From positions 2,784,001 to 2,848,000 of the forward strand of contig OY761158.1 of assembly GCA_963664405.1 (NCBI GenBank): DNA of 64,000 nt. The letters are read 5' to 3'. The notes under the pieces are model-generated. The model worked only from the letters and a program-made list of their open reading frames with translations, was not told where the DNA came from and made no database searches. The DNA is from Thermoanaerobaculia bacterium. Its GTDB lineage: Bacteria; Acidobacteriota; Thermoanaerobaculia; Multivoradales; Multivoraceae. The number at the start of each line of letters is the position of its first letter. Position 1 is the first letter of the stretch. Of the stretch, positions 30,017-42,368 are shown in pieces. The position numbers were made by a program, and so were the translations under genes.

Positions 30017-30480
30017 GCGGCCGCGTTCTCGTCTCCACTGCCTCGACGCTGCTCGTTGCCGTCGCCTCTCTCGCGGGTTGCTCCCGACCGCCGGAGGGAG
30101 AATTGGAGACCTTGGAAATCGTCGATGTGACAGAAGGGGTCGACAGCCAGATCAGGCCCGAGGACGACATTCAAGCCGAGCTGCGCGAGCGTGAGTTTCT
30201 CGGAGTCCTTCCAGGCGGTTTTCCGAGTGACTTCTGGGTCTATAGCCCTGGCAGCATTGTGGATCTGGAGTCAGACGATGGCGATCGCGGGATCGTGGCC
30301 CTGCGCACCTTCGGCTCTGTGGACGACGTACGAAGGCGGTTGATCGAAGAAGAGAGCGCGCGCGGCTGGCAGGAGTCAGGGGTTGGAAGCGCGCTCCTGA
30401 GCTTCACCAAAGAAGGCAGACGAATCGACCTCGCTCTCGAGGCCAAAGGCAACGAGACTTGGATTCGGATCGAGTATTGA
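30013..30480 (+). CDS. Hypothetical lipoprotein (start uncertain)
   Basis: LAGC lipobox after a hydrophobic stretch; LPGGFPSDF motif. Confidence 0.65.
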   Translation: MSGRVLVSTASTLLVAVASLAGCSRPPEGELETLEIVDVTEGVDSQIRPEDDIQAELREREFLGVLPGGFPSDFWVYSPGSIVDLESDDGDRGIVALRTFGSVDDVRRRLIEEESARGWQESGVGSALLSFTKEGRRIDLALEAKGNETWIRIEY

Positions 30481-30493
30481 GTAGGAAGAGAGA

Positions 30494-30570
30494 AGTAAGC
30501 AGTAAAAAAAGTAAGCAGTAAGCAGTAAGAAGCAAAGCAGCAATCAGATTCTTTACTGCTTACTGCTTAC
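30494..30570. repeat. Heptamer (AGTAAGC) tandem repeats forming a perfect 18-bp inverted repeat; probable bidirectional terminator
   Basis: GTAAGCAGTAAGCAGTAA (30511-30528) pairs with TTACTGCTTACTGCTTAC (30553-30570) between convergent genes. Confidence 0.8.
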
Positions 30571-30963
30571 CGCCAGCCGGGCCTCCGCACGCTGAACCGT
30601 CAACCGAGCCTGGCGAAGCTCTTCCCCGGAGAGACGTCCGAGGGAATCGCTGGCCTCTTGAAGCTCTTTGCGGGCGGCTTCGGCGTCGATCTCGTCGGGC
30701 AGCTGGGCTTCTTGCGTCAAGACGGTCACAACGTCGTCCGAAACCTCGAAGAACCCGCCGGATAGGGCCAGGGCGCCTTCCTTTGTTCCTTGCCGGTAGG
30801 AGAGAACGCCGACCGCGAGAGTACTCACTAGAGAAGTGTGTCCGGGCAGAACGGTGAGGTAGCCCTCGGTCGCCGGCAGCGAAACAGATGCGCAGCCTTC
30901 CTCGAGCACACTTCGCTCGGGGGTGACAACGGAGAGGCTCAGAGGTGATTCGCCGTTCGACAT
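30553..30963 (-). CDS. atpC: ATP synthase F1 epsilon subunit
   Basis: VVTPER, G.L.VLPGH, SGGFFEV..D.VTVL. Confidence 0.95.
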   Translation of the reverse strand: MSNGESPLSLSVVTPERSVLEEGCASVSLPATEGYLTVLPGHTSLVSTLAVGVLSYRQGTKEGALALSGGFFEVSDDVVTVLTQEAQLPDEIDAEAARKELQEASDSLGRLSGEELRQARLTVQRAEARLAVSSKQ

Positions 30964-30966
30964 CTT

Positions 30967-33379
<2,413 letters not shown>

Positions 33380-33431
33380 GACTAAAAGAGAGCGTGTTGT
33401 TTGAAGAGCGCTGAGCTAGTGAGATCGGCGC

Positions 33432-34967
33432 TCAGGCGACCTTTGCTTCCGGCTGCTCCTCCAGGTACACGCCGCGGGCTTCTGCCATGGCTTCCTGGAG
33501 AGACGTGGAAAGCTGGTCGGAGATTTTCCCCTCGCGAGTGATCTCGTCGAGGAGCTCCTTTTTCTGCTCTTTTAAGTAACGATGCATATGGGCTTCGAAG
33601 CTCCTCACATGCTCGACCTCGATCGAGTCGAGGAGCCCCTTGGTGCCGGCAAAAACCGAGAGCACCTGGAGCTCGACAGGCATCGGTACGTACTGGTCCT
33701 GCTTCAGAATCTCGACCAACCGCTCGCCACGCGCCAGCTGGGCTTGGGTGACCTGATCGAGGTCCGAGCCGAACTGGGAGAAGGCAGCCAATTCTCGAAA
33801 CTGTGCGAGCTCCAGACGTAGAGTACCCGCCGTCTTGCGCATGGCGTTGGTTTGAGCCGCTCCGCCCACTCGCGACACCGAGATACCGACGTTGACCGCA
33901 GGCCGCTGACCCGAGTTGAAGAGGTCGCTTTCCAGGAAGATCTGCCCGTCGGTGATGGAAATCACATTGGTCGGGATGTAAGCCGAGACGTCCCCGGCCT
34001 GGGTCTCGATGATCGGTAGCGCTGTGAGCGATCCGCCGCCGTTGGCTTCAGAAAGCTTCGCCGCCCGCTCGAGCAACCGAGAGTGGAGATAAAAGACGTC
34101 TCCCGGATAAGCCTCTCGCCCCGGCGGTCGCCGTAGCAGGAGCGAGATTTCCCGGTATGAGGCGGCCTGCTTCGAAAGGTCATCGTAGATAACCAGTGCG
34201 TGGCCGCCGTTGTAGAGAAAGTACTCGCCCATAGCGCATCCCGCGTAGGGGGCGATGTACTGCAGCGGTGCCGGCTCCGATGCCGAGGCGGCGACCACGA
34301 TGGTGTGATCCATGGCCCCGTGGTCTTCCAGCGTCTTCACGATCTGGGCGATCGTCGACCGCTTCTGGCCGATAGCGACGTAGATGCAGATGACGCCGGT
34401 GTCTTTGTTGTTGATGATGGCATCGATCGCGACCGCGGTCTTACCGGTCTGGCGGTCACCGATGATCAGCTCACGCTGGCCGCGACCGATCGGAATCATT
34501 GTGTCGATGGCCTTGAGCCCAGTCTGCAGCGGCTCCTTCACCGGTTGGCGGTCGATGACGCCGGGTGCGATCCGTTCCAGCGGATAGTTCTCAGAGGAGG
34601 CGATGGGACCTTTTCCGTCCACCGGCCTGCCGAGCGGATCCACCACACGGCCAACCAGCGCCTGGCCCACGGGTACCTCCAGAACGCGACCCGTACGACG
34701 GACCTCGTCGCCCTCCTGGATCCCTCTGGACGCGCCCATGAGGACGGCGCCGATTTGATCCTCCTCCAGGTTCAGGGCGAGGCCGTAGATCTCGTTCGGA
34801 AATGCGAGAAGCTCGCCCGCCATGGCGCCTTCGAGGCCATAGACGCGCGCGATGCCGTCGCCGACACTGAGAACGGTCCCGACTTCTGCGACGTCGACGT
34901 CAGCCTCGTAGCCCTCCAGGTGTCGCTGGAGGATCGCGGTTATCTCGTCAGCTCTAATCTGTTCCAT
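33432..34967 (-). CDS. atpA: ATP synthase F1 alpha subunit
   Basis: [38 protein letters not shown]. Confidence 0.98.
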   Translation of the reverse strand: MEQIRADEITAILQRHLEGYEADVDVAEVGTVLSVGDGIARVYGLEGAMAGELLAFPNEIYGLALNLEEDQIGAVLMGASRGIQEGDEVRRTGRVLEVPVGQALVGRVVDPLGRPVDGKGPIASSENYPLERIAPGVIDRQPVKEPLQTGLKAIDTMIPIGRGQRELIIGDRQTGKTAVAIDAIINNKDTGVICIYVAIGQKRSTIAQIVKTLEDHGAMDHTIVVAASASEPAPLQYIAPYAGCAMGEYFLYNGGHALVIYDDLSKQAASYREISLLLRRPPGREAYPGDVFYLHSRLLERAAKLSEANGGGSLTALPIIETQAGDVSAYIPTNVISITDGQIFLESDLFNSGQRPAVNVGISVSRVGGAAQTNAMRKTAGTLRLELAQFRELAAFSQFGSDLDQVTQAQLARGERLVEILKQDQYVPMPVELQVLSVFAGTKGLLDSIEVEHVRSFEAHMHRYLKEQKKELLDEITREGKISDQLSTSLQEAMAEARGVYLEEQPEAKVA

Positions 34968-34979
34968 TGAACTCAACTC

Positions 34980-35519
34980 CTATGGCTGTGCCATGGCGGT
35001 CGCGAGACGGTTCAGTTGCCCGTTGAGACTGGCGTCGTAGCGTCGGCTGCCGATTCGAGCGACGAACCCGCCCAAGAGCTCGGGGTTCGCGCCGAAGGTC
35101 AACCTGACCCGCTGTTGCAGCATGCGCTCGAGCACGGTCGCGAGACGGTTCTCCTGGGCTTCCTCGAGCGGCCGCGCGGCGGTGATATCGGCGGTGACGA
35201 CACCGCTTTGCCGGTCATGTATCTCGTCGACAGATGCGAGAACCAACTCGATGTGACCGAGCCGGTAATTCTTCACTAATAGATCGAACAGCCTCTGGGT
35301 GAGGCGGCCTAGCTCGAGCTCTTTTCCTATTGCTTCGAGAACGCTGTCCTTGGCTGCTCGCGGAACGCCGGGGTTCGCCGCCATCCGCAAGATCTCGGGG
35401 ACCTGCCGGCAGGCCTCCGCCAGTCGCGCCAGATCGTCGCGGGCGGCTTTGCCCTCTTCCTGCCCGCCTGCGGCGGCGAGAAAGGCTCTGGCGTAGGGTC
35501 GGGCGATGCGGACGCTCAT
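34980..35519 (-). CDS. atpH: ATP synthase F1 delta subunit
   Basis: ARPYARA, LLGGFVARIGS..YDASL. Confidence 0.95.
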   Translation of the reverse strand: MSVRIARPYARAFLAAAGGQEEGKAARDDLARLAEACRQVPEILRMAANPGVPRAAKDSVLEAIGKELELGRLTQRLFDLLVKNYRLGHIELVLASVDEIHDRQSGVVTADITAARPLEEAQENRLATVLERMLQQRVRLTFGANPELLGGFVARIGSRRYDASLNGQLNRLATAMAQP

Positions 35520-36103
35520 TCCACCTCCCGCTCGAGGCGGGTCACACTATCGTCGAAGATGCGGTCTAGGTCGCTGGGCTCGATCTCGTCTTGGATCTGC
35601 TGCCGCGCGAGGTCGGCGGCGATGCGAGCGGTGTGCGCTGTCAGTTCTTCTCGTGCCTGATCCACTCGAAGGCGGATCTCCTCCTGTGTTCGCGTCAGGA
35701 GCCGTTCACGCTCGAACTCTGCTTGGGCGAGGATCTCCTCTCTTTCGCGGTGCGCATCAGCCTCCGCACGCGTGAGGATCTCATCCATCTCTTGCTTCAG
35801 CTCCGCGATCTGGCCTTCGAGGGAGGCCTTCATGTTCTCGGCGTCCTGCCGCTGCTGGCGCGATCTTTCCAGATCTTCCCGGATCCCCTTGGCTCGCGTT
35901 TCCAGAAAACTGCGGATCGGGGGTACAACGAAATACCCCAGAACGCCGAGAAAGAGAAGCAGGTTTGCCCACAGCCAGATCCACCGAGGAAGCCCCAGAA
36001 ACGTGTCTGAGCCCTCGCCTCCCTCTGAGGCGAGAAGAGTAGGACTCAGGAGTGCCGCTAGCAGCGCTGCCTGCACCCAAACGAGGCGCTGTCTTTTCTT
36101 CAC
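35516..36103 (-). CDS. atpF: ATP synthase F0 subunit b
   Basis: TM (ANLLLFLGVL) then long coiled coil; position before atpH. Confidence 0.9.
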   Translation of the reverse strand: MKKRQRLVWVQAALLAALLSPTLLASEGGEGSDTFLGLPRWIWLWANLLLFLGVLGYFVVPPIRSFLETRAKGIREDLERSRQQRQDAENMKASLEGQIAELKQEMDEILTRAEADAHREREEILAQAEFERERLLTRTQEEIRLRVDQAREELTAHTARIAADLARQQIQDEIEPSDLDRIFDDSVTRLEREVE

Positions 36104-36522
36104 GCCGGTCTTCCGAGCAGGTTGGCAGCCATCTGCCTTGCTATCGACTGCGCTCTCTCGCCGAGAGTCTGTCGCTCATGTGCTACCTGGGACTCGAGCT
36201 CGAGACGAGCCTCGTTGAGCTCGCCTTGAACCTGTGTTTTGACCTCGGACAGCATCGCGAGTCTCTTGTCCTGCGCCTCTCGGCGCTGCTGCTCGCGCTG
36301 CGCCATCGCTTCGCGGCGCGCCTCGGCAAGCCGCGTGCGCTCCTCATCGATCGATTTCGCGGTCTCGTTCAGGGCCTCGTCGTAAATGGTCTGAGCGCTG
36401 CTGACGCGAGTTTCTCTCTCGTCGAGCAGCCGCATCATTGGACTGAAGAAAAACACTCGCAGGATGACGTAGGTAATCCAGAAGATCCCCATAATCACCA
36501 GGAGACTGGCGTCGAAACTCAC
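36100..36522 (-). CDS. ATP synthase F0 subunit b'
   Basis: N-terminal TM, FF.P...LLDERE, coiled coil. Confidence 0.88.
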   Translation of the reverse strand: MSFDASLLVIMGIFWITYVILRVFFFSPMMRLLDERETRVSSAQTIYDEALNETAKSIDEERTRLAEARREAMAQREQQRREAQDKRLAMLSEVKTQVQGELNEARLELESQVAHERQTLGERAQSIARQMAANLLGRPA

Positions 36523-36586
36523 CGCGCTGGATCCTTTGACTTGAGATGCCCCGATACGTCCCAGAAGAGGGGCCAGAAACGCGCGG

Positions 36587-36615
36587 AATTTACCATGGCC
36601 CTAGCGGAGGGTCAA
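36587..36615 (-). promoter_or_regulatory. Sigma70-type promoter of the atp operon
   Basis: TTGACC-17 bp-TAAATT with an extended -10 TG, 65 bp upstream of the b' start. Confidence 0.65.
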
Positions 36616-36713
36616 GCAAGGAAGACGCTCCAAAGTCGGTCGCTGGGGTACTCCCTTTCAAGGTCAATATAATTAGGCCGAGCAGCCTGGATGACGACAC
36701 TCCCGAGGTCGAA

Positions 36714-37313
36714 ATGAGCTCCGAATACGACGCCTTTCTCGGCCCATCGAAACCCTCGCTCGAGTCCTCACATCTGGATGTGGTCAGAGCCCATTTTCGT
36801 GAGGCCAGCCTTCCCTATACCTCTTCTCCTTTGCCCTGGTTCGCTTGGGCCATCGTACTCCCGGCCTCCGCCTTTGCTACTCCTTTTGTCGCCGAGAGAT
36901 TCAGCTGGATCGGAGTGCTCCTGCAGTGGTCCCTGACCATTCTTCTCGGAGGGGCCTTCGAGATCGGCTCGATGCGGCAGCAGAGGGGCCCCTTGGTTTC
37001 GAGGGCGATCTCCTCCTGGGTCTTTGGCGTGCAGGCCAATCTCTCACTGGTAGCGATCGCTCTCTCCTGTCTGCTGCTTTGGCAGCAGGCGGCCTGGGCG
37101 CTCCCTGGACTCTGGCTCTTGTTACTCGGGCACTCCTTCGCAGCATTCGGCGGCCTTTCGTTCCCGGGTCTGCGCCAGATGGGGCTGCTCTACCAGCTTG
37201 GCGGCTTCATAGCCTTGTGGCCCAGCGGGCATCCGCTTCTGGTGCTAGGGCTGACGACTTTCGTTGCCAACATGTGGATGGCGACTACAGTGCTGCGCCG
37301 CCGGGATACTTGA
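36714..37313 (+). CDS. Hypothetical multi-pass membrane protein
   Basis: About 6 TM segments; TATAAT at 36668-36673 upstream. Confidence 0.7.
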   Translation: MSSEYDAFLGPSKPSLESSHLDVVRAHFREASLPYTSSPLPWFAWAIVLPASAFATPFVAERFSWIGVLLQWSLTILLGGAFEIGSMRQQRGPLVSRAISSWVFGVQANLSLVAIALSCLLLWQQAAWALPGLWLLLLGHSFAAFGGLSFPGLRQMGLLYQLGGFIALWPSGHPLLVLGLTTFVANMWMATTVLRRRDT

Positions 37314-37899
37314 AGGTCAACGACCGACTCAGCCAGTCGCTCAAGGAGACTCCCTTCATCGCTGAAAGCACGGGCAGGCCGGCAAGGGCTAGAGTGATAA
37401 GGGCGCCGAGCCATCTGAGGGCGGCTTGCCGGAAGCTGAGCGGACGTTGAAGGCGGTCCTGGGAGGACAGTCTGAACCAGGCCATTCCGGCCGTCTGCCC
37501 CCAGAAGGCCAGGGAGACAACCGTGTAGAGAAATGAGAAGGCGAGGAGCAGTAGCGCCAACGCTGGCCAATGATCGAGCTGTGGTTGAACCGCCATCGCC
37601 GAGAGCCCGAGTGAGACGCCGGCGAATACGCCGGCGTGAATGAGGAGGTCGGCGGCTCCGCTCAAGTAGCGCGAGGCGAGGCTCGCGATCACCGGCTCGT
37701 CTTCACTGACGAGCTCTTCGCCTCCTTCGGGCGAGTCCTCCTCCTGGGAGCCCTCAGGGTCGAAGAGACCCGCCTGCTCTGGAGATGGCTGAGGCACCGT
37801 CGAAAGGCGCTCGACGTAGGCTTCTTCGGGACCCTCTAAGGGCAGGTCGAAGAGAAGCGGCTCGACGTCGGCCGGCTGTCTGCGCTGTTTCTTCTTCAA
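37285..37899 (-). CDS. RDD family protein
   Basis: ASLASRY..AADL, GQTAGM, QAALRW, SDWLS. Confidence 0.8.
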   Translation of the reverse strand: MKKKQRRQPADVEPLLFDLPLEGPEEAYVERLSTVPQPSPEQAGLFDPEGSQEEDSPEGGEELVSEDEPVIASLASRYLSGAADLLIHAGVFAGVSLGLSAMAVQPQLDHWPALALLLLAFSFLYTVVSLAFWGQTAGMAWFRLSSQDRLQRPLSFRQAALRWLGALITLALAGLPVLSAMKGVSLSDWLSRSLTFKYPGGAAL

Positions 37900-39689
37900 C
37901 GGCGGAAGGCCAACTCACCGACGTAGATATCGTAAAGAAGGTCTCTGGGGTACTCGAGATAGGTCTTGACGAAGAGACTCAAGCGCGCGATTTGCTCGTC
38001 GTCGGGGCTCAAGCGGCTCGCTTCCTCGGCATGCTCCTCGGCAGCCTGAGGCTCGCCGCGTCGTAGCTCGCGGACGGTGAGGTTGTAGTAGCTGCTCGTC
38101 AAGAGCGATACAACGTCGCGGTTTCCTGGATCTTGATCCAGGTGGCGCCACAGGCTCGGCAGTGCGAGCTCCCACTGGCGCTGCTGATAAAGGTCGATCT
38201 GCTGCGCAAGGGGCTCGAGCTGCCGCATCGAATCGTCGAGCAGAGCCGCTTCGGCGGCGGAGAGCGGCGCCATCAAAGAGGCCTTTGTGAACAGTTGCGC
38301 GGCCTGCAAATACTCGCGGTCGTCATAGGCCGTTCGCCCATCGGAGATGAGGCTCCGGTGACGCTCTTCCTCCTCGCCGGTGAGCAGTGGGGCCTCGGGC
38401 TCGACGCGCGCCTCCAGTTCCGCCTCCCATTGAGCGAGCAGTCGTCTTGCCTCCAGGAAGTCCTTGTCGGAGGAGCCGATCGCCATCAGAAGGCCCATCG
38501 CTTCATCTTGACTTCCGTCGGCGTAGAGCTGAGTGATCCTTGCGATGCGCTCGGCATCGGCGTCGGTCGCTTCGTCCACCACGTTGGGGAAGAGACGCCC
38601 CCAGTTACTGAAAAGCAGCCAGGCGGCGATCAGCACAATGGCGAAAACGCCGCTGCCAATCGCGAAGAACGGGTTGATCGGCTTTCCCTTGGCCCTCGCC
38701 GACATACGGTAGGTCGGGTCGGCGACGCGGGGAGGCTGATCGACATCAGCACTCGCGGGCTCGGCGTCCGCAGCAGCGGGCCGCTCGGCGGCTGCTTCTG
38801 TCCCGTCTACTCCCTCTTGGTCCGCCTGCGCTTCGCCTACCGCTGAGCTCGCGTCGCCCGACTGCAGCCCCTCGAGGTAGTCTCGCGCGGCTACGTTGTT
38901 CGGCTGGATGCGGAGAACGCGGTTGAAGGCCGCGATTGCGTCTTCGGTGCGGCCGTCTTCGGAGAAGCCCACCGCCTGATGGAAGATCTCTTCAACCTGG
39001 CGGTCTCGCTCTTCGTTCAACTGGCGCGCGAGGTCGATTCGGCGTGTTGCCTCTTCGTGATCGATGTCGATGAGAAAGATTCGTGACCAGGAGTCGATTG
39101 CTTCCTGGTAGCGCTCGTCGTCGAAAGCAGCCTGGCCTTCACCAAGGAGCGTTTCGATTTTGTCCGAGCCGTCACGGTCGGTGTCGGGAGTGCTCGGCAC
39201 CGGATCGTCGTTTGAGAGAGGGCTCTGCAAGTCTGCGACGATCGCGGTTTCTTCCGTGCCTGTCGCTTGACTGTCCGTCGCCTCTTGAGCGGCAGCTTCG
39301 GATGCGGGCGCTTCGGTAGCGGGCGGCGGCGCCGGAGCGGACGCGGGTCCGGTCTCCACGGGCGGCGGTTCGCCCTCCGCCATGGGTGCCTCCAGTTCTT
39401 CCTTGCTCAGTCGCACCGTCTTCAACACCTCCGGCTCGGAGGGTGCGGCGGCCTCTGCAGCCGGTGCGGCTGTCAGGTCGCCTGTCTCGACGGGTCCAGT
39501 AGCATCTGCCAATCGTTGCTGCAAGACCAAGGCGGGAGTGAAAAGAGGATCCAGCCGCAACATGAAGTCGCAGCCGAGGCGAGCCTCCTGCACTTTTCCA
39601 TCAGCCGCCAGCTGCGACGTCTGCTCCAGGGTGCCAAGAACCCGCTCCTGGATCTGAGGGTCTAGATTGGGATCTCCTGGATAGCTCAT
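37896..39689 (-). CDS. TPR-containing membrane-anchored protein
   Basis: TPR-like helices (AIDSWSRIFLID, AFNRVLRIQPNN), acidic linkers, single TM. Confidence 0.8.
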   Translation of the reverse strand: MSYPGDPNLDPQIQERVLGTLEQTSQLAADGKVQEARLGCDFMLRLDPLFTPALVLQQRLADATGPVETGDLTAAPAAEAAAPSEPEVLKTVRLSKEELEAPMAEGEPPPVETGPASAPAPPPATEAPASEAAAQEATDSQATGTEETAIVADLQSPLSNDDPVPSTPDTDRDGSDKIETLLGEGQAAFDDERYQEAIDSWSRIFLIDIDHEEATRRIDLARQLNEERDRQVEEIFHQAVGFSEDGRTEDAIAAFNRVLRIQPNNVAARDYLEGLQSGDASSAVGEAQADQEGVDGTEAAAERPAAADAEPASADVDQPPRVADPTYRMSARAKGKPINPFFAIGSGVFAIVLIAAWLLFSNWGRLFPNVVDEATDADAERIARITQLYADGSQDEAMGLLMAIGSSDKDFLEARRLLAQWEAELEARVEPEAPLLTGEEEERHRSLISDGRTAYDDREYLQAAQLFTKASLMAPLSAAEAALLDDSMRQLEPLAQQIDLYQQRQWELALPSLWRHLDQDPGNRDVVSLLTSSYYNLTVRELRRGEPQAAEEHAEEASRLSPDDEQIARLSLFVKTYLEYPRDLLYDIYVGELAFRR

Positions 39690-39788
39690 GTCACGGCCAC
39701 TGCGCAAAGAACACAAGCGATGGTAACAGAGGGCGTTGGCGGCGGACAATCCGAGCGGCCCTCTGCGGCTCGCGAATATACTCCACGC

Positions 39789-40733
39789 GTGACCTTGCTG
39801 GAGACCGTCCCCAACCTGAGCGAGGGCCGCGATCAGAAGGTGATCGACTCGGTCACGGAGGCCTTGGCGTCAGCTGTCGGGGTGCGCGTGCTCGACGTCT
39901 CCTCGGACCCGGATCACAACCGCTCGGTGATCAGTGCGGTTGGAGAGGCAGCTTGTCTCGAGGCCGGCCTTCTGCGAATGTACGAAACAGCGCTGGCTGG
40001 AGTCGACCTCTCGCTGCACTCAGGTGCTCACCCCAGAGTGGGAGCCGTCGACGTAGTTCCCTTCGTGCCAATCGAAGGAAGCTCGATGGCCTCGGCGGTC
40101 GCGGCGGCTCGGAGTCTCGGGCGTAGAGTGGCCCAGGAGCTCGACATTCCGGTATTTCTGTACGGTGAGGCTACCGAGTGCGGTGAGCCACGACGCCCTG
40201 TCTCGGTGCGCCGTGGCGGAGTCGAAGCTCTCGCCGGCCGTCTGGCAGCGGGCCGGATCCGGCCCGACTTCGGCCCCGTCGAGTTGGATCGTCGGCGTGG
40301 TGCGACCTTGGTTGGGGCACGCGGGCCGATGGTTGCATTCAATGTGACGCTCTCGGTGTCCGGGTCGGAGCCGGCGCAAACCATCGCTCGGGCTATCCGA
40401 GAGCGCGATGGAGGCATGCCGGGGGTTCAGGCTCTGGGTCTCGCCTTTTCTCGCCGACGAGGTGCCCAAGTCAGCGTCAATCTCTTCGAGGCGGCCGGAA
40501 CCACGCTCTACTCAGTGCTTACCCGTATCCAGGAAGAGGCGCTGGCTGTTGGGGTCGAAGTTAGAGAGAGCGAGATCGTGGGCCTGGTGCCGGAGGCCGC
40601 CCTTCTCGGGGCTACTGCCCAAGCTCTCCAGCTACCTCAGCTCCGCCGCCGCCAGGTGCTGGAGTCGTACCTCGAGCGAAGCCCGCTGCCAGCCGCCGCG
40701 GCAGGCCCTCGAAGCTTCCCGAAGACATCGTGA
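39789..40733 (+). CDS. ftcD: Glutamate formimidoyltransferase
   Basis: VPNLSEGRD, DPDHNRSV, HPRVGAVDVVPFVP, GAR..VAFNV, QVSVN, SEIVGLVP. Confidence 0.92.
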   Translation: MTLLETVPNLSEGRDQKVIDSVTEALASAVGVRVLDVSSDPDHNRSVISAVGEAACLEAGLLRMYETALAGVDLSLHSGAHPRVGAVDVVPFVPIEGSSMASAVAAARSLGRRVAQELDIPVFLYGEATECGEPRRPVSVRRGGVEALAGRLAAGRIRPDFGPVELDRRRGATLVGARGPMVAFNVTLSVSGSEPAQTIARAIRERDGGMPGVQALGLAFSRRRGAQVSVNLFEAAGTTLYSVLTRIQEEALAVGVEVRESEIVGLVPEAALLGATAQALQLPQLRRRQVLESYLERSPLPAAAAGPRSFPKTS

Positions 40734-42075
40734 CGATAACTTCCCCTCGTGGTCCTTCTGCGAGAACGCCGGCGAGCAGCTCGTCGATCGAGTCCCAAAT
40801 GTGGGTCGCAACGCCGCTGCGCCCGAGCGCCCGGGCGAGCTCGTCGAAGTCGATCCGTTCACTATCGTTCAATCGCTTGGCGTGGAAAACAGGTGCCAGG
40901 TGGACCACGTCGGCGCAAGAGAAGGCCTGAAGGTAGGCGTCGCGGAGGAAGCTTCGGCCGCTGGTCAGCGAGCGTGGCTCGAAGACGGCGACGACGGAGC
41001 GCCCCGGGAAGCCCTGGCGGATCGCGACGAGGGTGGTCTCGATCTCAGTTGGGTGATGAGCGAAGTCGTCGATCACGACCACTTCCTCTTCCTCCAGTAC
41101 GACCTCCAAGCGGCGGTGCGCTCCCTGAAACGTACGGAAGGCCTCCTGAATGCCTTCGATCGGTAGATTGTCTCGACGAGCCAGCGCCCAGACTGCCAGC
41201 GCGTTGCGAAGGTTGTGCTCCCCCGGCACCTGTAGGCTCAGATCGACCGCGCCCTCGACTTTGTCGTTGACGCGAAATCGAGTGCCTTCAGCGGTCAGCT
41301 CGGGCGGAGCCAGCGGATGTACGTCCTGCTCTTTACCGAGACCGTAGGTCGTTACCTGGCAGGGGGCGCCGGGGAGAAGGTCAGCGACCCCAGTGGCCTC
41401 GCCATCGGCAATCAGTGCACCCTCGGCCGGCAAGATTGCGAGAAGGGAGGCGAAGGCGGCGCGAAAGCTCTCTGGATCGGGGTATAGATCGACATGATCG
41501 TGCTCTACCCCCGTCAAAATGACCGTTTCAGGGCGATAGTGGAGGAATTTTGGTCCTCGATCGAAGTAAGCGGCGTTGTATTCGTCACCTTCGACGAGAA
41601 ATCTACGCCCACGGCCCTTGGCAAAGCTCGTTGGCAAGTCGCGGGGCAGCCCGCCGATGAGATAGCCGGGATCCTCACCACATAGGTGGTAGACCCAGGC
41701 AGCGAGAGTCGTGGTCGTGGTCTTGCCGTGAGTGCCGGCGATCACTACCGGTGAGCGGCCCTCGAGGAAGAAGTGGCCTAGGGCTTCTGGCATCGACATG
41801 CGCTCGAGGTCGAGGCTCTCCAGGGCCTCGGCCTGAGGGTTGGTTCGAGGCACGGCGTTGCCGACGATGACCAGATCCGGGAGCGGCTCGAGATGCCGCG
41901 GATCGAATCCCGGCAACGGCTGAATACCCTCGTTCTCCAGTAGAGTGCTCATCGGTGGGTACAGAGGGCCGTCCGATCCTCGCACCTGGTACCCTTCTTG
42001 CTTGAGAAGGCACGCGAGTGGAGCCACGCCGGTGCCGCCTATGGCGATAATGTGAATCGTACGGAGGTCTTTCAT
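40612..42075 (-). CDS. mpl: Murein peptide ligase (MurC/Mpl family)
   Basis: YPPMST.L, VGNAVPR.NP, GTHGKTTT, EGDEY.AAYFDRGPKFLHY, DDFAHHPT, FEPRS.T. Confidence 0.9.
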   Translation of the reverse strand: MKDLRTIHIIAIGGTGVAPLACLLKQEGYQVRGSDGPLYPPMSTLLENEGIQPLPGFDPRHLEPLPDLVIVGNAVPRTNPQAEALESLDLERMSMPEALGHFFLEGRSPVVIAGTHGKTTTTTLAAWVYHLCGEDPGYLIGGLPRDLPTSFAKGRGRRFLVEGDEYNAAYFDRGPKFLHYRPETVILTGVEHDHVDLYPDPESFRAAFASLLAILPAEGALIADGEATGVADLLPGAPCQVTTYGLGKEQDVHPLAPPELTAEGTRFRVNDKVEGAVDLSLQVPGEHNLRNALAVWALARRDNLPIEGIQEAFRTFQGAHRRLEVVLEEEEVVVIDDFAHHPTEIETTLVAIRQGFPGRSVVAVFEPRSLTSGRSFLRDAYLQAFSCADVVHLAPVFHAKRLNDSERIDFDELARALGRSGVATHIWDSIDELLAGVLAEGPRGEVIVTMSSGSFEGLPRRLAAGFARGTTPAPGGGGAEVAGELGQ

Positions 42076-42109
42076 TAACATCACGCTGCGGATTGGACGC
42101 TGGGTTTAC

Positions 42110-42277
42110 CTAGTGGACCGTAACACCCAGACGTTGAGCGCCTGAGCGGCCCTCGCGGCCGATCTCTGCGTTACGCTTCCTCGACATAGTCCCCGATATG
42201 CCTGCGTCAGCGCGCCTTGATCTCGACCACGAATGACTCACTCAGCCACTAAACGTTCGAGTGTTACGGTCCACGAG
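42110..42277. mobile_element. CTAG-bounded palindromic element, subfamily C copy 2
   Basis: Reverse complement of 16325-16492; right end degenerate (CGAG); lies between divergent genes. Confidence 0.9.
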
Positions 42278-42368
42278 TCGTTTATTGCGTTTTTACAGAG
42301 AGCGGGCTAGCGTCGGCTGGCCGCGACCCATCGTCATGGGAGTATCCCACGGCGCTCGAGGAGCAGAA

